Assembly: GCA_041499035.1 (NCBI GenBank)
Contig: JBGQJK010000003.1
Location: 1,953 to 65,952 of the forward strand
Direction: 5' to 3'
DNA: 64,000 nt
DNA from: Patescibacteria group bacterium
Lineage (GTDB): Bacteria; Patescibacteriota; Microgenomatia; UBA8517
Shown here: in pieces, positions 1 to 9,710 of the stretch
How the letters are laid out: every line of letters begins with the position of its first letter
Numbering within the stretch: position 1 is the stretch's first letter
The notes under the pieces: generated by a model
Seen by the model: only the letters and a program-made list of their open reading frames with translations
Databases searched by the model: none
What the model was told of the DNA's origin: nothing
Translations under genes and position numbers: made by a program

Positions 1-1563
1 TTTTTCATCGTCCCAGGAATGGGGTTTGGGAATGATGTAGGATTGGGTTCTAAGCCAATTACTTTCGCCGAAGGTTAATGTTTTGCTGTAATCAACTGAA
101 ATGCCGGGAGTAATTCTGTGAAGAAATAAATATTTACCGCCGAAAGTTTCCGGAAAGATGCAGGCGTCTTTGTCGTAGATGCCCGGGGCCGTGATCAGAA
201 TTGGCTTCTCCCAATCCCAATTCCGCTTTAGAAAGTTTTCAACACTAATTGATGTTAATGCGACTCTTGTTAAGTCGCCGCCCGCGTAGGCGGTGTAGCA
301 AATATAAAGTTTATCGCCTATTTGTGTGATTCTCGGGTCTTCGCAACCCCTGGACTCGAAGTCTTCTCTCGGGGAATAAATCGGGTCTGGGAGTCTCTCT
401 TCTATACTTACCCCGTCGGTACTTACCGCCAAACCAAATCTTGAAATGTCGTCTCCGGACTGGGCTCTATAAATGATATAGATCTTTCCTTCCAAACTGA
501 TAGCTGCGGGATTAAAAACCGCTTTTGATTCCCAAGAATGTTCAGGGATAGCTTTTAAGATCGGATTTTCCTTGAATTTTTCGAATTTTACGGGCGCAAC
601 ATTGTTAATTTGCATGCTGCTAAAAAGTTCTTTGACGGGAACTTCCGCGAGGCAAACCGAGGTGTCGCATGCGCTGTAGTAAATAGACAAGCTTTCCTTT
701 TCTATAATCGCCCCGTTTGCAAAAATTGTGTTTGGAACGTTGCCTTTTATTTCGTAATCTGTTTCGGGGACTAGGAGCGGTTTTTTAATTTCACCGACGA
801 TTTTTTTAGGATCTTTAAGATCAAGGAGAACACCCTTTATTTGAACCTGCCGCTGATCCGTAAAATAATTTTCTATATAACAATAAATAAGTAGCCAGCC
901 ATACTCCGTCTTAATTGGAGTTGCTCCGACCTCTACCTGGTCAAGGCTGCTCCAGGTAAGAGGCAGAGTCTGTTCGTCCAGCGATTTATACCATTTGTTC
1001 CAGAATTTTTCCGACCATAAGTCTTCCTTTTTATCAAAATAGGCAACGGCGATTTTTGACGGGGGAAGATCTGTGTTGGCCGTAAAAAGTACCGCGTATT
1101 TGCCGTTTATTTTTTCGGGGAAGAGGGTCATCGCTTTCGCATTGAACGGGGTTATTAAGTGTTTTTCTTTCACAGTGCTTAGATCATCCGAAATAGCCAA
1201 ACCGACTTTTATTCCGGGGGCAGAAAAGGGGAAGGTGGATAGAGCCGTATAAAAGATAAAGTACTCATTATCGAGCATTGTAACCCTTGGGTCTTCGCAA
1301 CCGAACGTGTCCCAGTCTTCGGAAGGAGTTATCAGTAACTTGCGGTTGTCGAAATCTATTCCGTCAGCGCTTTCCGCAGTCGCTATCACCGAAAGTTCGA
1401 GCTCTGCCCCTGAGACAAATTGCTTACTCGACATGGCTCGGTAAAGCATTCTGTATTTGTCATTTGTTTTTATGACTGAGCCGTTAAATGCAGCGTAGCT
1501 TTCCCAGGGATTTTTATTTAGCGGCAGAAGGATTGGATTTTTGGGGTATCTGGTTATATTCAT
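1..1563 (-). CDS. GH130/DUF377-like glycosidase or phosphorylase with two tandem beta-propeller modules. The N-terminus is at 1563 and the C-terminus runs off the window edge.
   Basis: Manual translation of the minus strand from the ATG at 1563-1561 (MNITRYPKNPILLPLNKNPWESYAAFNGSVIKTNDKYRMLYRA...) gives an open frame down to position 1. It is a paralogue of the next ORF and has GH130-like motifs (FNPAAI, GCEDPRIT, LYICYTAY). It is absent from the ORF track because no stop codon lies in the window. Confidence 0.65.
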   Translation of the reverse strand, partial: MNITRYPKNPILLPLNKNPWESYAAFNGSVIKTNDKYRMLYRAMSSKQFVSGAELELSVIATAESADGIDFDNRKLLITPSEDWDTFGCEDPRVTMLDNEYFIFYTALSTFPFSAPGIKVGLAISDDLSTVKEKHLITPFNAKAMTLFPEKINGKYAVLFTANTDLPPSKIAVAYFDKKEDLWSEKFWNKWYKSLDEQTLPLTWSSLDQVEVGATPIKTEYGWLLIYCYIENYFTDQRQVQIKGVLLDLKDPKKIVGEIKKPLLVPETDYEIKGNVPNTIFANGAIIEKESLSIYYSACDTSVCLAEVPVKELFSSMQINNVAPVKFEKFKENPILKAIPEHSWESKAVFNPAAISLEGKIYIIYRAQSGDDISRFGLAVSTDGVSIEERLPDPIYSPREDFESRGCEDPRITQIGDKLYICYTAYAGGDLTRVALTSISVENFLKRNWDWEKPILITAPGIYDKDACIFPETFGGKYLFLHRITPGISVDYSKTLTFGESNWLRTQSYIIPKPHSWDDEK

Positions 1564-1574
1564 AATCTTAGGCT

Positions 1575-3395
1575 TTAGTCTACTTCCGGTAGTTTGATAG
1601 GATGAAGAGTCCCACCCTCATCATTTGTCAGCTGCCTAAGAAACTCTTTCAGATTTGCTGATGCAACACAAGTAACACTGTCGCTTCCGCCGTAGTAAAC
1701 TAAGAGCTGCCCATCCACTATTACTGCGCCGCAGGGGTAGACTACACCGAACTTTGCCAATCCATTTTCATAGTGTTCCGTAGGTTCGATTATGGGGTGA
1801 TTGCTTCTGTGAAGAATTTTGGTCGGGTCATTTAGGTCCAGTAGCATTGCGCCGACTTTATACTTTGATGAATCTGCCTCGCCAACACCCTGATAAATTA
1901 AAAGCCAGCCCTCGTCGGTTTTTATAGGAGGCGCGCCGGTTCCGATTTTACGGCTGTCCCACATATTTGGTCTGGGTTTAATTGCAAACTCGCCTTTTAA
2001 CCAGCTCTTGCCGTCGAATTCCAGATTATCCACAAAGTCTATGAGAATGTTCGGATAAATTCTATGGAAGATTACGTATTTACCGTTAATCTTTTCCGGG
2101 AGAAGACATCCGCTTTTGTCTATTATCCCCGGTGGGGAAATAAGAACGGGCCTGCTCCAGAGAAAATTGCGGTTAAGGAAGTTTTCTAAAAGTATTGAAG
2201 TCATGGCGAGCCTGGGTGGTTCCCAACCGTTAAAAGCCACATAAATCATATAAAGTCTGTCGCCAATTTTTGTAATCCTGGGATCCTCGCAGCCGCCATA
2301 GCCGCCACCCGACATGTATTTTTTGGCAGTTTCGTATGAAGCCTGTTTGCCTTTGACTTCAAAAGGCTCGCTGGCTGCGTATATCGGCTCTTTAAGCCTG
2401 CCGCCGAAGTTTATGCCGTCACAGCTTTCCGCATACCCGAGAACCGAAATGTAGTCCCTGCCTACCGCGCGGTAAATCAGGTAGACTTTGCCATCTTCAT
2501 AAAATGCGGCAGGATTAAAAGCGGCTTCGTTTTCCCAGGCATTTTCCGCGCGTGGCACCAGAACGGGGTTTGCCGGATGTTTGTCGAGTTTATAATGATG
2601 ATTTTCGTGTGCAGGTTCGGACTCAAAAACCGGGTAGGTGATTAAAAATATCCCCACGTCCGAAATGTTCCAATAGCCCAAAAGTTTGCCTTCAAAATAG
2701 ACGCAGCCAAGACAAGTTACCTCGTGGTCTTTCCACTCACCGGGCTCTTGCCAGAGCGAAGTTTTGGTCTGCCAGAGGATTTTGTCGGGACTATTTATGT
2801 CGAAGCACATTGCTTTGGAGTCGAGTGAACTAGTATGGTAAATAACAAAAATGCCCTGGGAGGTTTTGATAACGAAATCAATATAATAATTCTTATCTTC
2901 CGGGAGATCCACTTTCTGAAACTTCCAGCTCTCTCCGTCTTTTGACACCCCAAAAGAAATACTCTTTCCTCCCGTGTACATGACATAATTGCCCTTATGT
3001 TTATAGTCGCTGACTATTACTCCGCCAGAAATACCCTCAGGATTTTTTGTGAAAGTATCCCAGTTTGACAAGCTTAGCGAGGACGCAAAAAATGATCCGC
3101 TTTGTTTTGCATCTACTAATTGGTAGTCCAATAGAAGATTGCCGTTAAACCTGCTTATCTTTAGACCGGAGAGTTTGCCGGGGTCAACCCTTTTTTTATC
3201 GCCGTCCCGGATTGTAAAAACAGATTCGCTCCGTTCGAACTCAAAACCGTCTTTGCTTTCGGCAACACAAACAGCATTGGGAGTATTCGAAGAATAGTAA
3301 TAGAGTGAAATCTTATCGCCGTGCGAATTTACACCCAAACCGCGGATTCTGGCATCTTTAATTGCACCTTTAGGTGGAATTTTTATTTTAGTCAT
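1575..3395 (-). CDS. GH130/DUF377-like protein with two tandem modules (beta-mannoside phosphorylase/glycosidase family)
   Basis: The 616-aa ORF has FNPAAFYEDGKVYLIYRA, GCEDPRITKIGDRLYMIYVA and GAMLLDLNDP motifs, repeated in two halves. The track start at 3425 is a GTG; the first ATG (MTKIKIPP) at 3395 is the more likely start. Confidence 0.7.
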   Translation of the reverse strand: MTKIKIPPKGAIKDARIRGLGVNSHGDKISLYYYSSNTPNAVCVAESKDGFEFERSESVFTIRDGDKKRVDPGKLSGLKISRFNGNLLLDYQLVDAKQSGSFFASSLSLSNWDTFTKNPEGISGGVIVSDYKHKGNYVMYTGGKSISFGVSKDGESWKFQKVDLPEDKNYYIDFVIKTSQGIFVIYHTSSLDSKAMCFDINSPDKILWQTKTSLWQEPGEWKDHEVTCLGCVYFEGKLLGYWNISDVGIFLITYPVFESEPAHENHHYKLDKHPANPVLVPRAENAWENEAAFNPAAFYEDGKVYLIYRAVGRDYISVLGYAESCDGINFGGRLKEPIYAASEPFEVKGKQASYETAKKYMSGGGYGGCEDPRITKIGDRLYMIYVAFNGWEPPRLAMTSILLENFLNRNFLWSRPVLISPPGIIDKSGCLLPEKINGKYVIFHRIYPNILIDFVDNLEFDGKSWLKGEFAIKPRPNMWDSRKIGTGAPPIKTDEGWLLIYQGVGEADSSKYKVGAMLLDLNDPTKILHRSNHPIIEPTEHYENGLAKFGVVYPCGAVIVDGQLLVYYGGSDSVTCVASANLKEFLRQLTNDEGGTLHPIKLPEVD

Positions 3396-3576
3396 ATATA
3401 TTTGGTTTTGACCACAAAACACCACGTCAAAAAGAAGTGTCGATCGAAGCGGCAGTTAGGCATGTTTTTATTTATTAATTTTTCTTCTTATATTAGATTA
3501 TCAAATTATTATAAACCTAATTGAGAAAGAGTTGAAAGGTGCAAAATATGGAAACTAATCAAGTTAATAAATATGT

Positions 3577-3582
3577 TAGAAT
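3577..3582 (+). promoter_or_regulatory. Extended −10 (TGtTAGAAT) 8 nt upstream of the ychF ATG, with no SD; leaderless-type start
   Basis: tgttagaat-agcttcat-ATG is read directly from the sequence. Confidence 0.35.
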
Positions 3583-3590
3583 AGCTTCAT

Positions 3591-4598
3591 ATGGGATTAT
3601 CTGTTGGAATTGTAGGGTTACCTAATGTTGGCAAGAGTACACTTTTTAATGCTTTACTAAAAAAACAGCAGGCATATGTTGCCAATTTTCCTTTTGCCAC
3701 AATTGAGCCCAACATTGGCGTTGTTCCCGTTCCGGATGAGCGTCTCTCAAAACTGGCTGAGGTAACCAAAAAAGCCGAGAATATGGGCAATCTTCCTCCT
3801 GAAGTTCCTGCTACCGTAGAGTTTGTTGATATTGCAGGGCTTATCGCAGGAGCGTCTAAAGGTGAAGGTCTCGGCAACAAATTCCTTAGTCATATTAGGG
3901 AAACCGATGCGATTTGTTTTGTCCTCCGTGCATTTTCCGATCCGGACATCATTAAACAGGGGGTAACCGACCCTAAAACCGATTTCGAGGTTTTAAAGGT
4001 TGAGCTTGACTTGGCGGATGAAGAAATGGTGGCCCGGTCCTCCGCAAAGGCTTCGGCTGGCAAGCAATCATCTGAGGATAATTTACCGCTTTTCTCAAAA
4101 AAACCCTTTCTGATTGTTCTCAACGTTGATGAGAAAGATTTGGAAGACTCTTCTGCCCTCGAGAGCAAATATGCTGGTGAGCTAAAGGTTAATAAAGACC
4201 AGGTAATAATAGTTTCCGCGAAAACGGAAAGTGAACTCTCGGAACTTTCTGCGGAGGACCAAAAAGCATATCTTTCCGACCTTGGCATAACGAAATCAGG
4301 ATTGGAAAGATTGATTCAAAAAGCTTTTGCCACACTCGGTCTTATCACCTTCCTAACGGCAGGGGAGAAGGAAGTACGGGCCTGGACGATCAAGAAAGGA
4401 CTAAATGCTCAGGAAGCTGCGGGGGTAATTCACACAGACTTCATCAAAAAGTTCATCAAGGCTGATGTTGTAGACTTCAACGATTTCATCTCAAACGGTG
4501 GCTGGAAAGCCTGCCGCGAACTCGGAAAAGTCAGAAGTGAAGGCCGTGACTACATTATGCAGGACGGCGACGTAGTTGAGTTTAAGATTGGCGCCTAA
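3591..4598 (+). CDS. ychF: Ribosome-binding ATPase YchF (Obg-like GTPase with C-terminal TGS domain)
   Basis: N-terminal P-loop [37 protein letters not shown], and a TGS-like end [10 protein letters not shown]. Confidence 0.9.
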   Translation: MGLSVGIVGLPNVGKSTLFNALLKKQQAYVANFPFATIEPNIGVVPVPDERLSKLAEVTKKAENMGNLPPEVPATVEFVDIAGLIAGASKGEGLGNKFLSHIRETDAICFVLRAFSDPDIIKQGVTDPKTDFEVLKVELDLADEEMVARSSAKASAGKQSSEDNLPLFSKKPFLIVLNVDEKDLEDSSALESKYAGELKVNKDQVIIVSAKTESELSELSAEDQKAYLSDLGITKSGLERLIQKAFATLGLITFLTAGEKEVRAWTIKKGLNAQEAAGVIHTDFIKKFIKADVVDFNDFISNGGWKACRELGKVRSEGRDYIMQDGDVVEFKIGA

Positions 4599-4625
4599 AC
4601 CCCTCCTGGAGTAAAATACGCTTCT

Positions 4626-5141
4626 ATGGAAAGAATTCCGCGGAATACTATCGGCAGAGGCAATGAAAATACTGCAAAGGCTGGTTGGACAGGGGTAGTT
4701 TTAAAAGAAACAAACTTTTTAAGCATGATGTCACTAGCTTTTTCGGGTGGTGTCTCGGCCCTTCGGCGGGAGATAGCTTTTTGTGAGGGAGAAGCCCAAA
4801 GGTCGGAGATAAAGGTTCCAAGGAGAACACGCGTTGTCAAATTTCCGATTGGTTTTAAAATCGGACAAGACTATATTCCTGACGATGGATCTTTGACCCG
4901 GGAACAAATTGCCGAGAAAATTGAGCGTAGTGGAACCCAATTTATTAAGGAGGGCTATAAAATCAAACCGGAAAATTATCATGGTTTTGAACAGGAAGTT
5001 TACTTGGTTGATTTAACATTTGGTTACGCAAGGATATTGGGTAACTTCATAAGCATAGAGACCAAAAATCACTATAAACTCATGACCCTGAACGTGTTGC
5101 GCAGGGTGGGGGTTGCCCACTCCTTGAAGGGGGGAGCTTAG
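4626..5141 (+). CDS. Hypothetical protein; true start uncertain
   Basis: Only the long ORF supports it. The C-terminal half (KFPIGFKIGQDYIPDDGSLTREQIAEKIERSG...) looks protein-like. Confidence 0.3.
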   Translation: MERIPRNTIGRGNENTAKAGWTGVVLKETNFLSMMSLAFSGGVSALRREIAFCEGEAQRSEIKVPRRTRVVKFPIGFKIGQDYIPDDGSLTREQIAEKIERSGTQFIKEGYKIKPENYHGFEQEVYLVDLTFGYARILGNFISIETKNHYKLMTLNVLRRVGVAHSLKGGA

Positions 5142-5163
5142 CCATGATATACTTCAGCTTGAT

Positions 5164-5451
5164 ATGAACAATTATGAGCTGACTTTGGTAATTGACGGCA
5201 AGGGAGGCCCCGCCAAAAAGAAAAAGGTAACCGAAACTCTGGAAAAGACTCTTAAGATTTTTAAGGGTACCATCAAGGACTCCAAAGAATGGGGAATTAA
5301 AGAATTGGCCTATAAATTGGGCAAATCCGATACTGGCCTTTATCTGCACTTTGAATTAGAATTGGACGCAGGGGGCGTAAAGGCTTTAAACGAAAAGCTT
5401 AGAACCGACTCGGAAATTTTGAGGTACTTGGTAATTCGAAACGAAAATTAA
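5164..5451 (+). CDS. rpsF: 30S ribosomal protein S6
   Basis: MNNYELTLVIDGK...YLHFELE pattern, in the conserved rpsF-ssb-rpsR order. Confidence 0.85.
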   Translation: MNNYELTLVIDGKGGPAKKKKVTETLEKTLKIFKGTIKDSKEWGIKELAYKLGKSDTGLYLHFELELDAGGVKALNEKLRTDSEILRYLVIRNEN

Positions 5452-5946
5452 ATGGCACGAAGTTTAAACAAGGCAATGCTGATCGGGAATCTGACCCGCG
5501 ATCCTGAAATGCGCTACACGCCCCAGGGCGCCGCGGTTTGTACTTTTGGTGTGGCCACCAATAGGAGTTGGAATACCGATGCCGGGGAAAAGAAAGAAGA
5601 CGTAGAATTCCACAATATAGTAGCCTGGAATAAGCTGGCTGAGATCTGTTCGCAGCTTCTAAAAAAAGGCAGGAAAGTTTACGTTGAAGGCAGGCTCTCT
5701 ACCAGAAGTTGGCAGGGCCAGGACGGAGCCCAAAAACAGAGAACAGAAGTTGTAATTTCGGATATGGTAATCCTTGATAAGCGAACGGACGAGCCGACCG
5801 GGGATATAGATATTCCCGAGCCGGGCATGCAGACTCAGGAGGCACCGGCTGCGGAAGAATCTCAGGTTGAAGAAAAAAAGCCCTCCAAGAAATCAAAGTC
5901 TGCTTCAAAAAAAGAAGAACCTGCTGAAGAGGATATACCCTTCTAA
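5452..5946 (+). CDS. ssb: Single-stranded DNA-binding protein
   Basis: OB-fold N-terminus (NKAMLIGNLTRDPEMRYTPQGAAVCTFGVATNRSW), an acidic tail ending DIPF. Confidence 0.9.
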   Translation: MARSLNKAMLIGNLTRDPEMRYTPQGAAVCTFGVATNRSWNTDAGEKKEDVEFHNIVAWNKLAEICSQLLKKGRKVYVEGRLSTRSWQGQDGAQKQRTEVVISDMVILDKRTDEPTGDIDIPEPGMQTQEAPAAEESQVEEKKPSKKSKSASKKEEPAEEDIPF

Positions 5947-5949
5947 GTT

Positions 5950-6204
5950 ATGGCAAAAAAGCAAAACAAGAAAAGAAGAAGGATAGTGCTCGAGGCTGTA
6001 GCCCGTAATTGTCCTTTTTGCAAAACAAATACCAGCCCAGACTACAAGGACTTTGGCACACTTCAAAAATATATGAGTGACCGCGCCAAGGTGCTCGGCA
6101 AGGACAGGACCGGCATTTGCGCCAAACATCAAAGACGCCTTTCTGTTGCTATAAAACGTGCCAGACATTTAGCGCTTCTTCCTTATATTCCTGCTCTAAA
6201 ATAA
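5950..6204 (+). CDS. rpsR: 30S ribosomal protein S18
   Basis: CPFCK...DYKD...[42 protein letters not shown]. Confidence 0.9.
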   Translation: MAKKQNKKRRRIVLEAVARNCPFCKTNTSPDYKDFGTLQKYMSDRAKVLGKDRTGICAKHQRRLSVAIKRARHLALLPYIPALK

Positions 6205-6251
6205 AATCTGAGGCTTGAGTCGACCTAGTCTTTCGGGTATCATCTTTAGAT

Positions 6252-7481
6252 ATGTCTTTGAGGATAAATTTCGGCAAGGCACGCAACTTCATACTCATTC
6301 TCGTCATTATCGGCCTGTCGTTTTGGGGAGGATATTATTTGGGACTCCAAGGCTTCAGGGCCGAGGTAACAAAAGCACTTAAGGTGAGTATAAGTCGTGA
6401 TGTTCCGTCCAATGAGCATGTGGACTTTTCTCTTTTCTGGCAAGTTTGGGACATTCTTTCAAACAAATATTACGACAAAACCAAGCTGGATCCGAGACAA
6501 ATGGTTTATGGGGCAATAGGAGGTATGGTAAGCTCCCTGGGAGATCCGTTTACATCCTTCCTTCCGCCAACCCAGAACAAAATGGTTAACGAAGACCTTA
6601 GCGGCTCGTTCGATGGCGTAGGAATTCAAATCGGTTTTGACAAAACAGGCAAATTGACGGTGGAAGCTCCCTTACCGGGCTCTCCAGCAGAGAAAGCCGG
6701 GGTTAAAGCAGGGGATTTTGTCGCCCATATTAAAGATGCTAACAAAAAAATCGATATTGATACTCCGGGAATTTCGCTTGCTGACGCCGTGAGCGATATC
6801 AGAGGGCCAGCGGGTACTACCGTAACCCTGACTCTGGTCAGAGACGGGGCGGCGCCTTTTAAAGTTGATCTGGTCCGGGCCAAGCTCGATGTTCCTTCGG
6901 TGGCGCTAACATTCGTAGGTAATGGCGGTCTAATAGCCGACCTCAAGGTTAACAGTTTTGACGCCCAGACGCCGGATGAATGGAATAAACAGGTTGACCA
7001 GATTTTGGCAAAAGGTGGGATTCGCGGCATAATTATAGATCTTAGAAATAATCCGGGGGGTTACCTACAGGATGCGGTGGACCTGACGGGCGATTTTGTT
7101 AAGCTCGGGAGCGTCGTTGTTACAGAGGCCGATGGTGACGGAAACAAAGTTGATTATAAAACACAAAAAGCCGGCAGGCTCTTAAGTTTGCCGGTTGTAG
7201 TGCTAATTAACGGCGGGAGCGCCAGCGCGTCCGAAATTATGACGGGAGCCCTTCAAGATCAAATTCACGCAAGAACAGTTGGCCTAAAGAGTTTTGGTAA
7301 GGGAACAGTCCAGCAGCCGATTGACTTGGCTGACGGGGCGGGACTCCATGTTACGGTTGCAAAGTGGTTAACCCCCAAGGGGACTTGGGTCCACGGCAAA
7401 GGTATTACTCCTGATTTTGTTGTTGACAATCAAAACGCGACTGAGGACGCTCAACTGCAAAAAGCTATAATGCTTTTTTAA
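6252..7481 (+). CDS. ctp: Carboxyl-terminal processing protease (S41 peptidase with PDZ domain)
   Basis: N-terminal TM, a PDZ-like segment (GSPAEKAGVKAGD), and S41 motifs (DLRNNPGGYL, GSASASEI). Confidence 0.85.
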   Translation: MSLRINFGKARNFILILVIIGLSFWGGYYLGLQGFRAEVTKALKVSISRDVPSNEHVDFSLFWQVWDILSNKYYDKTKLDPRQMVYGAIGGMVSSLGDPFTSFLPPTQNKMVNEDLSGSFDGVGIQIGFDKTGKLTVEAPLPGSPAEKAGVKAGDFVAHIKDANKKIDIDTPGISLADAVSDIRGPAGTTVTLTLVRDGAAPFKVDLVRAKLDVPSVALTFVGNGGLIADLKVNSFDAQTPDEWNKQVDQILAKGGIRGIIIDLRNNPGGYLQDAVDLTGDFVKLGSVVVTEADGDGNKVDYKTQKAGRLLSLPVVVLINGGSASASEIMTGALQDQIHARTVGLKSFGKGTVQQPIDLADGAGLHVTVAKWLTPKGTWVHGKGITPDFVVDNQNATEDAQLQKAIMLF

Positions 7482-7523
7482 GGAAATTTTAAGTTTTTAG
7501 TATAATTATCATAAGTACCCGGT

Positions 7524-8675
7524 ATGGCAATTAGAAAATTGGATATTAAAAAACTGCTAGTTTTGGTAGCGTTAGTGTTGGTTGTTTTGGCTTCGCTTGC
7601 CTCCGGCGCGATTGCCGACAGACTATTCGGTTTTAGGCCCTTGGATAGATTTTTCCCGCGTGGCATTTCAACCGTTACCGAACGTGTGGTTAATGAAAAT
7701 AGCGATGTGGTTGATGTAGTTAAAAAAGTAGGGCCTTCAGTTGTTACCGTGTCAGCTACAGCTCCTCAGCGACAAGTTATTCAATTTTCGCCGTTTGGTG
7801 GGTTTTCCCAGGGTGTCCAGGGTGGAACTGCTCAAGACATCGGGAGTGGTTTTATAGTTTCTGCGGACGGTCTTATCGTCACAAATAAACATGTGGTTTC
7901 CGACACAACTCTTACTTATAAAGTGGCCACGCCCGACGGCAAAAGCTATGATGTTAAATCTATCAATAAAGACCCGAATAACGATATCGCCGTAATTAAA
8001 ATTGACGCAAAAGGACTTAAGCCGGTTGAACTTGGAGATTCGGCAAATCTTCAGGTCGGGCAGTTTGTAATTGCAATCGGAACCGCTTTGGGGGAATTTA
8101 GAAATACGGTTACGACTGGGGTTGTTTCGGGACTCGGGCGTGGAATAAATGCAGGAGGAGATTTTACGGGCTATGTTGAAAGATTGGATAATGTTATTCA
8201 AACCGATGCCGCCATTAATCCGGGCAACTCCGGCGGGCCGCTTCTTAACTCCAGTGGACAAGTGATTGGCATTAATGTTGCAGTAGCCCAAGGGGCGAAT
8301 AATGTTGCATTCTCTATTCCTATAAATACCGTTAAAGACGCGCTTAATTCATTTAATCAAAACAACGGCAAGTTTCCGGCAAAAGCTTTTCTTGGGGTGG
8401 AGTACCAAATGCTTAGCAAGCAGGTTGCTCTTTTGAATCAGGTTCCCCAGGGCGCGTATGTGGTTAATGTCGTGGCCGGGTCTCCCGCAGAAAAAGCAGG
8501 GATACAACAAGGGGACATTATTTTCAAAGCCGACGGCAATTCAATTTCAACCGACAGCGGAGGTCTGGGTAAAATTGTCGCAGGTAAAAAAGTGGGGGAC
8601 TCTATCAAACTTACAATCTGGCGCGATGGATCCCAAAAGGACATCTCTGTGACCCTCACAGCCGCGGGACAATGA
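7524..8675 (+). CDS. HtrA/DegP-family trypsin-like serine protease with C-terminal PDZ
   Basis: GSGFIVSADGLIVTNKHVV, the GNSGGPL active-site motif, and a C-terminal PDZ (GSPAEKAGIQQGDII). Confidence 0.85.
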   Translation: MAIRKLDIKKLLVLVALVLVVLASLASGAIADRLFGFRPLDRFFPRGISTVTERVVNENSDVVDVVKKVGPSVVTVSATAPQRQVIQFSPFGGFSQGVQGGTAQDIGSGFIVSADGLIVTNKHVVSDTTLTYKVATPDGKSYDVKSINKDPNNDIAVIKIDAKGLKPVELGDSANLQVGQFVIAIGTALGEFRNTVTTGVVSGLGRGINAGGDFTGYVERLDNVIQTDAAINPGNSGGPLLNSSGQVIGINVAVAQGANNVAFSIPINTVKDALNSFNQNNGKFPAKAFLGVEYQMLSKQVALLNQVPQGAYVVNVVAGSPAEKAGIQQGDIIFKADGNSISTDSGGLGKIVAGKKVGDSIKLTIWRDGSQKDISVTLTAAGQ

Positions 8676-8690
8676 ATCTTTCAAGTCCGT

Positions 8691-9392
8691 TTATTTGAGG
8701 GTTTTGGTGAACTCAAAGACTTTATCCAGATTGCCGTCAACTATTACTTCCAGGTTGCCCCAGTTTTTACCTAAGCGGTGATCTGTGATTCTATCTTGTG
8801 GGTAATTATAAGTACGGATTTTCTCACTTCTCATTCCGCGGCCGATTACTGACCTGTAGCCTGCAATTGTTCTTAGTTTTTCTTCCTCTAGTCTCTCCCA
8901 AAGCTTAGACCTAAGAAGGGCCAGCGCTATCTGTCTGTTTTGTTCCTGGAAACGTTCCTCGCGTGCTTGAACAATGATTCCGGTGGGTTTGTGGGTGAGC
9001 CTCACTGCTGTAGCTACTTTATTTACATTTTGCCCGCCGTGTCCGCCACCCGTTGTGAATTGCCACTCAAGGTCCTGTGGGTTAATTTGAACGTCGGTTT
9101 CGCGAACTTCGGGCAGAACCGCTACAGTGGCTGTTGAAGTATGGATTCTGCCTCTTTTTTCTGTAGCCGGAACTCTTTGGACCCGATGTACCCCAGACTC
9201 ATTTTTCAGAGCATCGAATGCTCCGGGGCCGCTAAACCTTACGGTTTTATCATCCAGTTGAATAGTTTTCCAGCCCTTTTTTTGGCCGTAGCGCAAGTAC
9301 ATCCTAAGGAGGTCGTTGCCCCAAAGTTTAGCTTCATCGCCGCCTGTGGCACCACGGATTTCGAGGTATGCGACTTGGTTGTTGTTTTCCAT
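8691..9392 (-). CDS. prfA: Peptide chain release factor 1 homologue lacking the N-terminal domain 1 (domains 2-4 only)
   Basis: [18 protein letters not shown] (the RF1-type PAT tripeptide motif), GGQ ([25 protein letters not shown]), and the C-terminal [14 protein letters not shown]. The ORF is 233 aa against ~360 for canonical RF1. Only 9 nt separate its start from the upstream rpmE stop. Confidence 0.8.
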   Translation of the reverse strand: MENNNQVAYLEIRGATGGDEAKLWGNDLLRMYLRYGQKKGWKTIQLDDKTVRFSGPGAFDALKNESGVHRVQRVPATEKRGRIHTSTATVAVLPEVRETDVQINPQDLEWQFTTGGGHGGQNVNKVATAVRLTHKPTGIIVQAREERFQEQNRQIALALLRSKLWERLEEEKLRTIAGYRSVIGRGMRSEKIRTYNYPQDRITDHRLGKNWGNLEVIVDGNLDKVFEFTKTLK

Positions 9393-9401
9393 AACTAAAA
9401 T

Positions 9402-9707
9402 CTACGCACGCAGTTCACTAAGCGAGGTAGGCCGTTCGTGCTCTTCCTGAAGCTTTTTCTCTTTCTTAAGCCGTCTTTTTTCGGTTTTGCTCATAATAGC
9501 CTTGCCCGCACCTTTCATTCTAGCCTTAAAGGCGTCAACCCGGCCTGCGGTATCCACAAACTTCATGGTGCCGGTGTAGAAGGGGTGGCAATTGTAGCAA
9601 ACTTCAACGTGGATTTCGGGGACAGTTGCGCCTGTCGTGAATGTATTTCCACAGGCACAAACTACCTTAGCGTCATCGTACCATTTAGGGTGAATTGCAG
9701 CTTTCAT
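9402..9707 (-). CDS. rpmE: 50S ribosomal protein L31 (Zn-ribbon type) with a Lys-rich C-terminal extension
   Basis: [10 protein letters not shown]...CACGNTF...[10 protein letters not shown], followed by a basic [17 protein letters not shown] tail. Confidence 0.85.
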   Translation of the reverse strand: MKAAIHPKWYDDAKVVCACGNTFTTGATVPEIHVEVCYNCHPFYTGTMKFVDTAGRVDAFKARMKGAGKAIMSKTEKRRLKKEKKLQEEHERPTSLSELRA

Positions 9708-9710
9708 AAT

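Noticed and set aside
5080-5163. G-rich hairpin-like sequence (cagggtgggggttgcccactcc) upstream of rpsF; considered an S6 autoregulatory leader or an SRP/6S RNA
   Set aside because: No conserved motif was recognised (no SRP domain IV GGAAGCAG-type element). It overlaps the end of the uncertain ORF 4626..5141. There is not enough evidence.
8691-9402. Looked for the prfB-type programmed +1 frameshift (CUU UGA C with an upstream SD), because the release-factor ORF is short.
   Set aside because: The protein carries the RF1 PAT motif, not the RF2 SPF motif. Only 9 nt separate it from the rpmE stop, so no upstream short frame exists. The truncation is a real loss of domain 1 or an assembly issue, not a frameshift site.
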